From the IMG/VR virus record IMGVR_UViG_3300046822_000108, positions 1 to 36,214 of that record: a stretch of 36,214 bases of DNA; one strand, written 5' to 3'. Within the stretch, counting starts at the first letter, position 1. Each line of letters opens with the position of its first letter. The notes under the pieces were generated by a model that was given only the letters and a program-made list of their open reading frames with translations, searched no databases and was not told the DNA's origin. This DNA is from a virus. The position numbers and the translations under genes were made by a program. Below are positions 7,588 to 15,840 of the stretch, one piece after another.

Positions 7588-7815
7588 AGAGCCGTAAATA
7601 CCAGCACCTGTTGGCTATCTCCGCGTACAGAAGCCCTGACTGTACTAACCGCTGTACTAAAAACTTGGCGCTGGAGTGATTTGCACCCCTTTCTGTAACG
7701 TAGGCTATCACCATCCCCAAAAAAAAGGGAAAGGCTTACACAAACGAAAATAGTCGGGAAACCGACACCCAATGCAGTGAAATGTGGAGTGCCCAGATAA
7801 CTAGAGAAAACCACA

Positions 7816-8025
7816 ATGCGGATTTTTTCCGAAACGATCATCGCGATCGCGCCGATCAGCGGCAGGGCTCGAAGAAATCACTTCCTGAAGCGGGTAGATG
7901 TATGGACAGCGAGAATGCATCGGCGGGGACTGATCACCCTCACGGAACGTCAAGAGCTTCGCATGCATATCGCAAACGCCTGCACGCGTTATCTCTTGTC
8001 GAGCTGCACCCGACAATTGACGTAG
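7816..8025 (+). CDS. Hypothetical small basic protein (69 aa) in cargo region
   Basis: Host-like codons (atc, gcg, ccg, ctg). GC3 is about 65 percent by hand count in a roughly 50 percent GC region. Weak RBS. Overlaps the 3' end of the convergent lipoprotein gene. Confidence 0.3.
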   Translation: MRIFSETIIAIAPISGRARRNHFLKRVDVWTARMHRRGLITLTERQELRMHIANACTRYLLSSCTRQLT

Positions 8026-8261
8026 GCGTCTGATCCAGGAACAGCGCCGTAGGACCTGCACTTGGCATCGTCCTGGGCGTTCTGGATTTCCACTGCGGAT
8101 TTTAGGTTGCCCAGGCTGCGCTGCCTGATCTCGTAACCCTTGGTGCCAGGAAGGCAGTCATCCCAGGCGATAAAGCCGGTCGCGCAATCCATGGGGTGGT
8201 TGGCGCAACCGACCAGCGCGAGCGTCATGAGCAGCAGGTATCGCTTCATTTGAGAATCCAT
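7989..8261 (-). CDS. Small lipoprotein (cargo/moron)
   Basis: Signal peptide with lipobox, MKRYLLLMTLALVG-C. The alternative ATG at 8249 gives 86 aa. Mature part has four more Cys. Located between attP and the tailspike gene. Confidence 0.65.
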   Translation of the reverse strand: MDSQMKRYLLLMTLALVGCANHPMDCATGFIAWDDCLPGTKGYEIRQRSLGNLKSAVEIQNAQDDAKCRSYGAVPGSDAYVNCRVQLDKR

Positions 8262-8413
8262 TCAGGGTTTTTCGGAGTTTGTCACCCAAACGGCGAAGAG
8301 TCACTTGGCGCTGAAGGATCTACCAATACCTGGCACCCCTGCCAACCTCTTGCCGTTCAGGCCTGCGCGCCCTTCCCCGCTATACTCACCTGGTCGACAC
8401 CAAGGAGCGGATC

Positions 8414-8620
8414 ATGACTACTACCAAGCCAGCGCCCACTTGGGCAGACCTGTGGATACTCTCCTCGGACAAGCTCAACTGCACCGAATGCCATGCGCCC
8501 CAGCTCATGAAGTGGCGCGAGTTCGCCTTTGTACATGCGCCAGGCTGTTCCCGCCAAGGCTGGGGCCAATACCCATATCTCGAACTGCGCACAATGCTGC
8601 AGGAAATCAGCGACGAATAG
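8414..8620 (+). CDS. Hypothetical small Cys-containing protein (68 aa)
   Basis: Strong RBS AAGGAG 6 nt before the ATG. Contains CTEC...C. Convergent with the tailspike gene. Confidence 0.55.
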   Translation: MTTTKPAPTWADLWILSSDKLNCTECHAPQLMKWREFAFVHAPGCSRQGWGQYPYLELRTMLQEISDE

Positions 8621-8638
8621 CCATAGCTTGCACTACGT

Positions 8639-10576
8639 TCATGGGTGGCTAGCCACGTACGCATCAAATTTACCGCTCAAGTCTTGAAGCGCTGCAACAA
8701 GCAGAGGGACCAGCTTCGAATGGTCCACAGTCTGCGGCAGGATCGTTTCACCGGTCTTGTGCCACACCTGCCCTTCCTGATCGGAAGTAGGCGCAACCAC
8801 ACCACTTGCCACTAGACGTCCTTCCGCGTCGACAATCGATCCGACATCTTGCATCGCGTCCTTTTCACCGATCACGGCATTCGGGACAACGCGCGATACC
8901 TCGTGCGCCAGAAAGCCATCAACACGCACACCAGGTGCGGCGATCATTTCGAAAGTCTTCGCTTGTAGCCCCTTGATTCGATCCAACGCGCCATCGAGTT
9001 TTAGGACGTTCTGCTTCAAGCGGTAGTCAGAGGTTGTGCCATAAGTGGTAGCGCCAGCACTCACAGATATCGCACCTGAGAAAGTCAGGTCGCGATAGAA
9101 GACAAGAACTTGCCCGTCTGTGGTTCGTCGGCGCAGATAGCCGCACGGGGCGCTTGGGCGTGAGGCATTGATTTCTCCGCCAGCGTTGACGGTGACACCA
9201 TCGGCAGTACCTGACGACGCGATGACCTGCGTGTCGGTGCCCAGGTGTGTCATGTTCGAAAGGTAGCTGCCTGGGCCGTTTGCATATAGATAGCCGCGCC
9301 CGGTGCCGCTCGGATCGGTCACGCAAGAAAGAATCTTGCGGAACGTCTGGGTGGCTCCGTCGAAAGCGTTTATGTTCATCGCGGCGGCGCTAGCGGTATT
9401 GACGGAAATGTTATACGGCTCAGTATTGCTGCCTAGGTATACGCCCCCCCACGTAGTTCGACCATCGATACTCCCAGGCAGTGCTGGAGCAAATGCCGGG
9501 CTGGTCTCAATGATGCCGCCCTTGTGCGCCAGGTAGCGTGCACCCGTAGCTGAGCCGTTGAATGTGACGTTCTTTACGATGATGTTGCCCTGAGCCGCGC
9601 CGGCAAAATAAGAGATGAACGCAGGCGTGCCGGTAACTGTGCACGTAATCACCGAGGTGAAGATCAGACCGAATGAACCAGTGTGCAAATGGCTGTTGCC
9701 ACCACCCGAAACGGTGTAGTCGGCAGTAAGGTAGATGAATGCTCCACCGCCTACGGCGAGATGGGATGACAGAGAAGCGCCATATTCCATTGCGCCAACG
9801 CTCATGAATGCGCCGGATTGCACGGCTACCCCATCACCTCCGGTATTCATTACCTTGAAGCCTCGGACCTCGAAGGCCGCGGACTGCTCCGCATAAAATG
9901 CGCCCTGTACGTCGTTTGCGTTGACGACGCAGCTGGCGGGCGTTGCTACGTTCCCTATAAATGCTACCGTGCCGCCACCAACCCATGGCTTTGCAACCTT
10001 GGCGCCGGCCGTATACGTTCCGTCGCCCACCTGAACAGTCACGGTAAACCCGTTCAGATCAAGCGCGGTTTGGATGTAATTGGCGGCTCGCTGAATGGTC
10101 AGGAAGGCGCCGGCCGCAGTATTCGCTAGCCCAGTGTTGGAGTCGTTGCCGTCCGTGCGCACGTAATAGGTGCGGTTCGCATAAAGCTTCTCGCGAAGGT
10201 GGTCAGCAACTGTTTTCCCCTTAAAGCCTACGAGTGCCGCCCCTTTTGCAGCATCCGTGTTATTGGCCAGGTTAGTCTGCAGGGCTGTTATGGCAGCGCT
10301 CGCGTCAGCTCCGCTATCGGAAATAACCTGATCCCAGATCAAATTGCCATAGGAGTCCTGTAGCACCTGGCGATAGGCTCCGGTACCGTAGATCGAGGCC
10401 TGACCACGTGCATCGAGAATTATGGGGTTTGTGTTAAACGTGGTTTGCCCCACGTCCTGGTAGGTATCTTTCGGCGTGCTGGTCCCCGCCTGGTAATGGA
10501 ATACTTTCCCGCCAATCAGCGGCCTACCATTGGCATCCTCGAACTGCTGTTTGCCGTTGGGCAGTAATTGGGTCAT
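8639..10576 (-). CDS. Tailspike/tail fibre with beta-helix (depolymerase-like) body and C-terminal S74 intramolecular chaperone domain
   Basis: N-terminal adaptor motif LPNGKQQFEDANGRPLIGGKVFHYQAGTSTPKDTY...ILDARGQ. YYVRTDGNDSNTGL...FLTIQRAANYI is typical of right-handed beta-helix enzymes. C-terminal SDYRLKQNV...KLVPLLVAALQDL (8642..9031) matches the S74 domain. Confidence 0.85.
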   Translation of the reverse strand: MTQLLPNGKQQFEDANGRPLIGGKVFHYQAGTSTPKDTYQDVGQTTFNTNPIILDARGQASIYGTGAYRQVLQDSYGNLIWDQVISDSGADASAAITALQTNLANNTDAAKGAALVGFKGKTVADHLREKLYANRTYYVRTDGNDSNTGLANTAAGAFLTIQRAANYIQTALDLNGFTVTVQVGDGTYTAGAKVAKPWVGGGTVAFIGNVATPASCVVNANDVQGAFYAEQSAAFEVRGFKVMNTGGDGVAVQSGAFMSVGAMEYGASLSSHLAVGGGAFIYLTADYTVSGGGNSHLHTGSFGLIFTSVITCTVTGTPAFISYFAGAAQGNIIVKNVTFNGSATGARYLAHKGGIIETSPAFAPALPGSIDGRTTWGGVYLGSNTEPYNISVNTASAAAMNINAFDGATQTFRKILSCVTDPSGTGRGYLYANGPGSYLSNMTHLGTDTQVIASSGTADGVTVNAGGEINASRPSAPCGYLRRRTTDGQVLVFYRDLTFSGAISVSAGATTYGTTSDYRLKQNVLKLDGALDRIKGLQAKTFEMIAAPGVRVDGFLAHEVSRVVPNAVIGEKDAMQDVGSIVDAEGRLVASGVVAPTSDQEGQVWHKTGETILPQTVDHSKLVPLLVAALQDLSGKFDAYVASHP

Positions 10577-10680
10577 TTCTCTGTCCTTTTGGAGGGCAAA
10601 TGGATTACGTCACCTCGATGTTGATCAAGGCGTTTCATGTGGTGACCGACTGGTCTAAGCAGGGGTTTTGGTTCTTCTGG

Positions 10681-13194
10681 CTAGCGGTTGCCGCTGAGGC
10701 CTGGCGAACCCGATCCAAGCGCGCTAGCGGGAGCTATCCCGCCACGACGGAGAAGGAGGTCAAGGGCACCCGAATTGACTGATCCCTGTTTCAGGACCTC
10801 GGCGCCGCGGGGGTTTAGCAGGTAATCAATCAATCGGGCCTCGATCTCTGGCCCTTGGGCATTCATGGCGCGGCTGGCAACGCCGGCAGCTTGCTGCGCC
10901 CCAACCGCACCAATCCCTGCCCCCATGCTGCCGCCCAACGCGTAACCGAGTGCCCCGCCCAGTGCGCTCGGGGTTACAGGGGCAACTGAACCGAGCTTGC
11001 CGGGCAGCATCGAGTCAATCAGCTGGTTGGTGGCGAAGTTCTGGAAGGTATTCGAGCCGATCGCCATGCCGCGCGCCGAGTTAGCCTGGCGCTGCAGGTC
11101 GGCATGTAGGTTCTGTAGCATCCCCAGCTGGTCATCGGTGATCGACTTGGCGTCATTGGCACCTGGTTTGGCGCGCAACTTGTCGATTGTGCCAAGCGCC
11201 GATTTGACCTTGGCCAGCGTGATCTTCTGGCTGGTCTGGTCCGTCAGGTTGAGTCCCTGCAGGTATTCCTGGGCGCTGACCGGCTTCGACAGATCGGCGT
11301 AGGTCTTCAGGAACTCCTTAAACCCGGGCGCCGCGTCCTGAATGGCGTCGTCCAGCTTTTCCCGCACTTGGATCAATTCCTTGGAAGCCAACTGCGCGGC
11401 CGAGTTGTCCCTGCCGGCGACGGTGGTGAGCTGGTCGTTGATGCTCTGGCGAATCCCATAGAGCTGATCGACATTCGACTGCAAACCATCCTTGCCAAGA
11501 TCCAGCTTGTCCTTGACCTTGTTCAGTGCCTTGACCACATCGTCACGCTGCCCGGCGCGGCTTTCGAGGATGGTGCCGATCTCGTCCATTACGGGGTTGG
11601 CATTGGCTGGGCGAGCGCCATCGAGTGCCTGTTTGAGGAAGGGCAACGCTTGCTGGTCGCGGGTGGCCATGGCCGCCTGCAGCGTCTCTGGAGTGCCTTT
11701 GATCTGTTGCAGATAGTCCAGGCGTGCGGAGTCGTTGGCCAAGGACCGTTCGGCAAAGGCGTTGGGGGAACGGCTCATCGCAGCACGCTCTAGCGCCGCT
11801 ACACCGGCGTTACCCGTGGCTTGCGCTAGCGTTGGCGTCGATCCTGGTACCAACTCGTCGAAGTTCGCGTTGATGCGGCCGCCAGCGCCAGCCCGGCCAA
11901 GGGCATCATCTGCAGTGCCCCCGAGCAGGTTCTGCGCCATGTTGCCCGGATCCTTAGCGGCCTCGGCTTTAATGGCGTTCTCGGCGATGCTGGCGCGCCC
12001 GGATGCAGTGAACGGTGCTACAGCAGCCTTGGCAGTTCCACCCAGATACTTGGCCATGGTGACACCGCCGGGAATCAAGGCCGCGAGCGCACCGCCGATT
12101 AATGCTTGGTCGCCAGTGTCGAGGCCGGGCTGGCCGCCAGAAAGCAAAGCACCTCCGGCCGCCCCCTGGGCAGCGTTGTACGCAGTCTTAGAGGCCAGGC
12201 CACCCTGGCCGCTCAGGAACTTGCCGGCGCTGGCCAAAGCCTGTGGATTGCCCAAAGCACTACTGAGGCGGCCGCCGACATTCGCTGCGACTGCCTCGGC
12301 CCCCGCTACCGGAACCATTACGCCAGCAGCGCCGCCACCCATTCGGGAAAGGAAACCCTGCACGCCAGCATCTGGATTGCGCGAGTCATAGTCGGCGCGG
12401 CTCTGCGCATTCATAGTCTGCTGCTGAGCGGCAGTAGGCATGTTGATCCCAGCCTTGCTCAATAAACCGGTCAGCCCGCTTTTCTCAGCGCCGGCCGCAA
12501 GCCACTCACTGGGCGCATCAAACGTATCCATAATGCCCCGCCCAAGAGCATTGGCGTTGCTGATGCCTTGAGCGCCTAGCGATGCCAAGCCATCCATGGC
12601 GGCGGTGCCCACACGAGCAGCCAAGCCCTGTTGCTCGGGCTGGGTAGTTGCTGCCGAGATCCGTACTTCATCTGGCGCGGCGGGTGCGGGGCTTGCTACA
12701 GGAGCAGCGGCGGATGCGGCAGGTGCCGCAAAGTCCTGGGCAGCAAAATCGCTTGCCCCTGGCGCAGCAGCAGGCGCGGAGGTGCCGAAATCCTGTGCGG
12801 CGAAATCGTTCTGGCTGGGGGTTGATGCTGCCACTTGTGGCGCTCCGTATTGAGCGGAGACCTTTTGCAGGTAAGCCTGCGTTTTAGGTCCCCAGTTGGC
12901 CTGATCGGTCCCGCCGTGGTACGCCAGCACCGCCTGCTCTGGCGAGCCGTAGCGGCGCAAGTTCTCGTCCAGCAGCTTTGCCACGCCTTCGATCGACTGC
13001 GCGGGGTTGGTGGGATCGATGCCGAGCGCCTTGGCAGTGGCCGGAATCTGCTGGCCAAGACCACTGGCCTTGGTCTCGCCGTTGTAGGCACCTGGGTCCC
13101 CACCGCTTTCGACATGCACCACCGATGCGATCAGCTTGGGGTCAACGTTGTACTTCTGGCCGGCAGCCTGAAAGAGCTGGTCCCATTGGCTCAT
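10681..13194 (-). CDS. Ejection/internal virion protein with N-terminal lytic transglycosylase (SLT) domain
   Basis: 837 aa. KLIASVVHVESGGDPGAYNGETKASGLGQ...AYHGG is an SLT motif with the catalytic Glu. The rest is Ala/Gly/Gln-rich. Occupies the position of P22 gp16. Confidence 0.8.
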   Translation of the reverse strand: MSQWDQLFQAAGQKYNVDPKLIASVVHVESGGDPGAYNGETKASGLGQQIPATAKALGIDPTNPAQSIEGVAKLLDENLRRYGSPEQAVLAYHGGTDQANWGPKTQAYLQKVSAQYGAPQVAASTPSQNDFAAQDFGTSAPAAAPGASDFAAQDFAAPAASAAAPVASPAPAAPDEVRISAATTQPEQQGLAARVGTAAMDGLASLGAQGISNANALGRGIMDTFDAPSEWLAAGAEKSGLTGLLSKAGINMPTAAQQQTMNAQSRADYDSRNPDAGVQGFLSRMGGGAAGVMVPVAGAEAVAANVGGRLSSALGNPQALASAGKFLSGQGGLASKTAYNAAQGAAGGALLSGGQPGLDTGDQALIGGALAALIPGGVTMAKYLGGTAKAAVAPFTASGRASIAENAIKAEAAKDPGNMAQNLLGGTADDALGRAGAGGRINANFDELVPGSTPTLAQATGNAGVAALERAAMSRSPNAFAERSLANDSARLDYLQQIKGTPETLQAAMATRDQQALPFLKQALDGARPANANPVMDEIGTILESRAGQRDDVVKALNKVKDKLDLGKDGLQSNVDQLYGIRQSINDQLTTVAGRDNSAAQLASKELIQVREKLDDAIQDAAPGFKEFLKTYADLSKPVSAQEYLQGLNLTDQTSQKITLAKVKSALGTIDKLRAKPGANDAKSITDDQLGMLQNLHADLQRQANSARGMAIGSNTFQNFATNQLIDSMLPGKLGSVAPVTPSALGGALGYALGGSMGAGIGAVGAQQAAGVASRAMNAQGPEIEARLIDYLLNPRGAEVLKQGSVNSGALDLLLRRGGIAPASALGSGSPGLSGNR

Positions 13195-14684
13195 TGCCCA
13201 ATCCTCTGGATCAGCCCCTGGGCAACGGCTTTGTTGTAGGAGGCGTCAAAGGCCTTCTGCTCGGTAGGCTTGAGGCTGTTGCGCATGGCGACAGCCTTGT
13301 CGCGCGGCATGTCCTGCAGGGTGAACAGGCGCGGATCCACATCCTTGTTCCACTGGCTGGAGAATTTGTTGTACTGCTCCGCAGGAAGCCCGGCAGCCTG
13401 CCAAGCGCTGTTCTTGGCCTGGGTAGCACGCTGGGTAGCGATCAGCACATCGATGATCTGCTCGTTGCCTAGCTTCGAGAGACTACTGTTTGGATTAGCG
13501 GCCACGGCAGAGGCCAGTTTGCTATCGGTACCTTCGCCCAGTTGACCAGCCACCGACTGCGCTAACTGGGTGGAGAACTTCTTGAACTCCTCCAAGCTGG
13601 CCACCTTCTGCGGATCGATGCCGAGTCGCTGAGCAACACCTGGTGCGACCTGCAACGCCAGCGCTTGGGCTTTTCCCTGCCAATCGGCATTCGGGCCGGT
13701 ACTGATATCGCCCAAGGAACTGCGCATATTCTGGAGCTGGTAGATGGCCTGCGGAGCATTGTCGGCTGACTGCTGGAGCGCCAGCGAGGCCTCGGCGGCC
13801 CCCTTGCCAACCACGTCAGCAGCACCGGCGGCGCCCAGCGACGGACCGGCCTGGATACCAGGGGCGCCACCTGTGATTGGGGTAAGTCGACCGCTACCCA
13901 TCGGGCCGCCGCTGGTATCTGGCGTGTAGCCTGGCTGTGCACCCTGACCATTCGCCATTGCTGCGGCCTGGGCCTTGGTTACCATGCGCTGGGTGCCGGT
14001 TTGAGGATCGAAGATCGTGACCATGCTGTTTGCATCGCCGGGCGCCATACTGTTTTGCACCTGGCCGGTAAGGGTAGGCTGCCCAGTGGATGGATCGATG
14101 TTCATGATTTGCTGAGATCCGCCGCTGTTGATTATCTGCGTCTGCGGAAGCATCGACTTCAAACGATCAGAGTTCTGGCTGAATCCGATATATTTTTGCT
14201 TCACCCAGTCACGCAAGGCGCCAGGGTCGGTCGGCATATCAGTCGTAAAGCTGACGGCCTCTTCCGGTGTGTAGAGACCAAGTTTTATACCCTCACTAGC
14301 AACTTTCATTACATTTTGCGGGGTTATGGTTTGCGATCCCAGCAAGCTACCAAAACCTGCTGACAGATTATCTGTGCGCTTTTGTGCCTGCTCGAGCTGA
14401 CCGGTGTCGTACTGAAGCTGGTTATTCTTTTGTTGGAGTATTTGTGCCTGAAACGCTGGCAGATTGTAGGCCGCGTCAGGGTCTTTTGCAGCCATTGACA
14501 GAGCCTTGTTCATATCAGGCTGGCCGGTAGCTGGATCAATAGATTGCTGAAGGATGCGCGATAGTGCCGAGTTCGATTTCTGAGCCTGAATTTGCCCGCG
14601 CAGCTGTGTAACACCCATCATATTTTGAAGAATATTTGGCTGGTTTCCAGCGGCATTAAGCGCGATTGACGAGTCGATTGCCAT
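13191..14684 (-). CDS. Putative ejection/internal virion protein (P22 gp20 position)
   Basis: 497 aa, Gln/Ala/Gly-rich. ATGA coupling to the downstream gene, RBS GAGGAA. Confidence 0.5.
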   Translation of the reverse strand: MAIDSSIALNAAGNQPNILQNMMGVTQLRGQIQAQKSNSALSRILQQSIDPATGQPDMNKALSMAAKDPDAAYNLPAFQAQILQQKNNQLQYDTGQLEQAQKRTDNLSAGFGSLLGSQTITPQNVMKVASEGIKLGLYTPEEAVSFTTDMPTDPGALRDWVKQKYIGFSQNSDRLKSMLPQTQIINSGGSQQIMNIDPSTGQPTLTGQVQNSMAPGDANSMVTIFDPQTGTQRMVTKAQAAAMANGQGAQPGYTPDTSGGPMGSGRLTPITGGAPGIQAGPSLGAAGAADVVGKGAAEASLALQQSADNAPQAIYQLQNMRSSLGDISTGPNADWQGKAQALALQVAPGVAQRLGIDPQKVASLEEFKKFSTQLAQSVAGQLGEGTDSKLASAVAANPNSSLSKLGNEQIIDVLIATQRATQAKNSAWQAAGLPAEQYNKFSSQWNKDVDPRLFTLQDMPRDKAVAMRNSLKPTEQKAFDASYNKAVAQGLIQRIGQ

Positions 14685-14693
14685 GATCGTTCC

Positions 14694-15383
14694 TCACTTG
14701 TAAAGGGCGTTGTAGAGCATGTAGTTGTTAACGCCGCTGGTTACGGCATTCGATGCACCTGTAATCCCGGAAGCCGTAGCATTGGCTGCCTGCGTTAGGT
14801 AGTTGCCGGCGGTGTTCGCCGCCGCCAGGCCAGCCTGCCCGGTCTGCGCCGCAGAGTTTTGGCCAGTGTTCACCAGGTTCTGCAGGTTGCTGACGTTGTT
14901 CGCCGCCACCTGATAGTTGGTGTTGTAGGTGCTCAACGCGTTGTTGTACTGCTGGTTGTAGGTCTGATCGGCCAGGCCTGTGGCATAGGTCGAAAGACCT
15001 TTAGCCTGCGCGCCGGAGAGCCCAAGGCCCTGAGCTGCCAATGAGTTGTTAGTGCTCTTCAGGCCCTGATTGAGGGTGAACTGGTAACCGGGCGTGTTGG
15101 CCAGGTCGCTACCATCGAAGCTGAACTGCTGTTGCAGCGTGGCGTTTGGGTTCTGGGTGACGTTGCCTCCGGCGTCGACGTTGTAGCCCATCGCCGACCA
15201 CAGGGGATTGATCGCCTGCGTGCCGACTGCGGTATACGGGGCAAGGTCCGACCGCATCTGAGCTGCGGCCTCAGATGATTGATCCGCCGCTTTGTTGGCC
15301 GCGTCCGCTTGTTTACTAGCTGCCGAGTTTGATGCCACAGCGCCAACGACCGCGCTTCCGGCTACAGCTGCTGCAATTCCCAT
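14694..15383 (-). CDS. Putative ejection/internal virion protein (P22 gp7 position)
   Basis: Internal ATG at 15383 preceded by GGGAGA. 229 aa, Ala/Asn/Gly/Gln-rich with a hydrophobic N-terminus GIAAAVAGSAVVGAVA. Confidence 0.45.
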   Translation of the reverse strand: MGIAAAVAGSAVVGAVASNSAASKQADAANKAADQSSEAAAQMRSDLAPYTAVGTQAINPLWSAMGYNVDAGGNVTQNPNATLQQQFSFDGSDLANTPGYQFTLNQGLKSTNNSLAAQGLGLSGAQAKGLSTYATGLADQTYNQQYNNALSTYNTNYQVAANNVSNLQNLVNTGQNSAAQTGQAGLAAANTAGNYLTQAANATASGITGASNAVTSGVNNYMLYNALYK

Positions 15384-15384
15384 A

Positions 15385-15840
15385 TCAGTCTCCCAGCCAC
15401 TTTGTGTGGATAGTTTCGATTTCCTCGTACCCTCGACGGGCAAAAAGCCACGCGGCAGGAAAGTGATTTTTGGAGTTTGTGACGAGTCGCTGAACGCCCC
15501 GCCGCCTCAACTCTTTTTCCACAAAATTGAAGAGTAGGTTGCCTGCAGCAGCGCCACGCTCGTCGGGTTTGACGTAAAAAATGTCCTGGATACAGGTCAG
15601 ACACGTGGAGTAATGCAGACCGGGCGCTACGAAGCCGATGAAGTAACCTGCCAGCCGGCCGGCATCACGAAGGGCCACGAATAGAAGCTCTCCAATGGCC
15701 TCCTGGGCTAGATACAGATCCCATCGCGGTGAGAGCGGGACCTTGTCTCTGTTCATAGCCAGCTCTTCGTAATGCAGCGGGATTATTTCTTTCAGCTCGG
15801 CGATATTGGCGGCGAAGGACTCGACATGGGCGGTAATCAT
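15385..15840 (-). CDS. GNAT-family N-acetyltransferase
   Basis: 152 aa from the ATG at 15840 (ATGA overlap with the upstream stop). Motif A is FYVKPDERGAAAGNLLFNFVEKELRRRG; C-terminal LFARRGYEEIE. Confidence 0.7.
   Translation of the reverse strand: MITAHVESFAANIAELKEIIPLHYEELAMNRDKVPLSPRWDLYLAQEAIGELLFVALRDAGRLAGYFIGFVAPGLHYSTCLTCIQDIFYVKPDERGAAAGNLLFNFVEKELRRRGVQRLVTNSKNHFPAAWLFARRGYEEIETIHTKWLGD

Larger units (their letters stand above)
7398..7660. repeat. attP arm region with six copies of TGTACT(AA) (putative integrase arm-type sites)
   Basis: Copies at 7398-7405 (reverse, overlapping the int ATG), 7430-7437, 7442-7449, 7553-7560 (reverse), 7641-7648 and 7653-7660. They flank the tRNA-derived core. 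Confidence 0.65.

Noticed and set aside
7563-7650. A possible complete tRNA gene on the minus strand.
   Set aside because: Only the last ~23 nt (T-loop onward) are tRNA-like. The bases preceding TTCGATT cannot pair with CCCTC to make a T-stem, and the nearest candidate 5' acceptor strand gives a 62-nt molecule with only 5 of 7 acceptor pairs. It is interpreted as an attP core, not a gene.
8331-8346. A sigma54-like TGGCAC element upstream of the 68-aa gene.
   Set aside because: The -12 element is missing. The sequence is TGGCAC-ccctg-CCAA instead of TGGCAC-N5-TTGC, and the GG-to-GC spacing is wrong.
8350-8386. A sigma70 promoter TTGCCG ... TATACT for the 8414 gene.
   Set aside because: The spacer between the two hexamers is 25 nt, and no acceptable -35 lies at 16-18 nt. 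A -10-only or activator-dependent promoter cannot be excluded, but it is not supported.
10577-10782. A plus-strand 60-aa ORF (10600..10782), and a 21-codon minus-strand mini-ORF whose TGA overlaps the tailspike ATG.
   Set aside because: The plus-strand ORF overlaps the 3' end of the SLT gene in antisense and has no RBS. The mini-ORF has no RBS or conservation evidence available, so it is too short to support.
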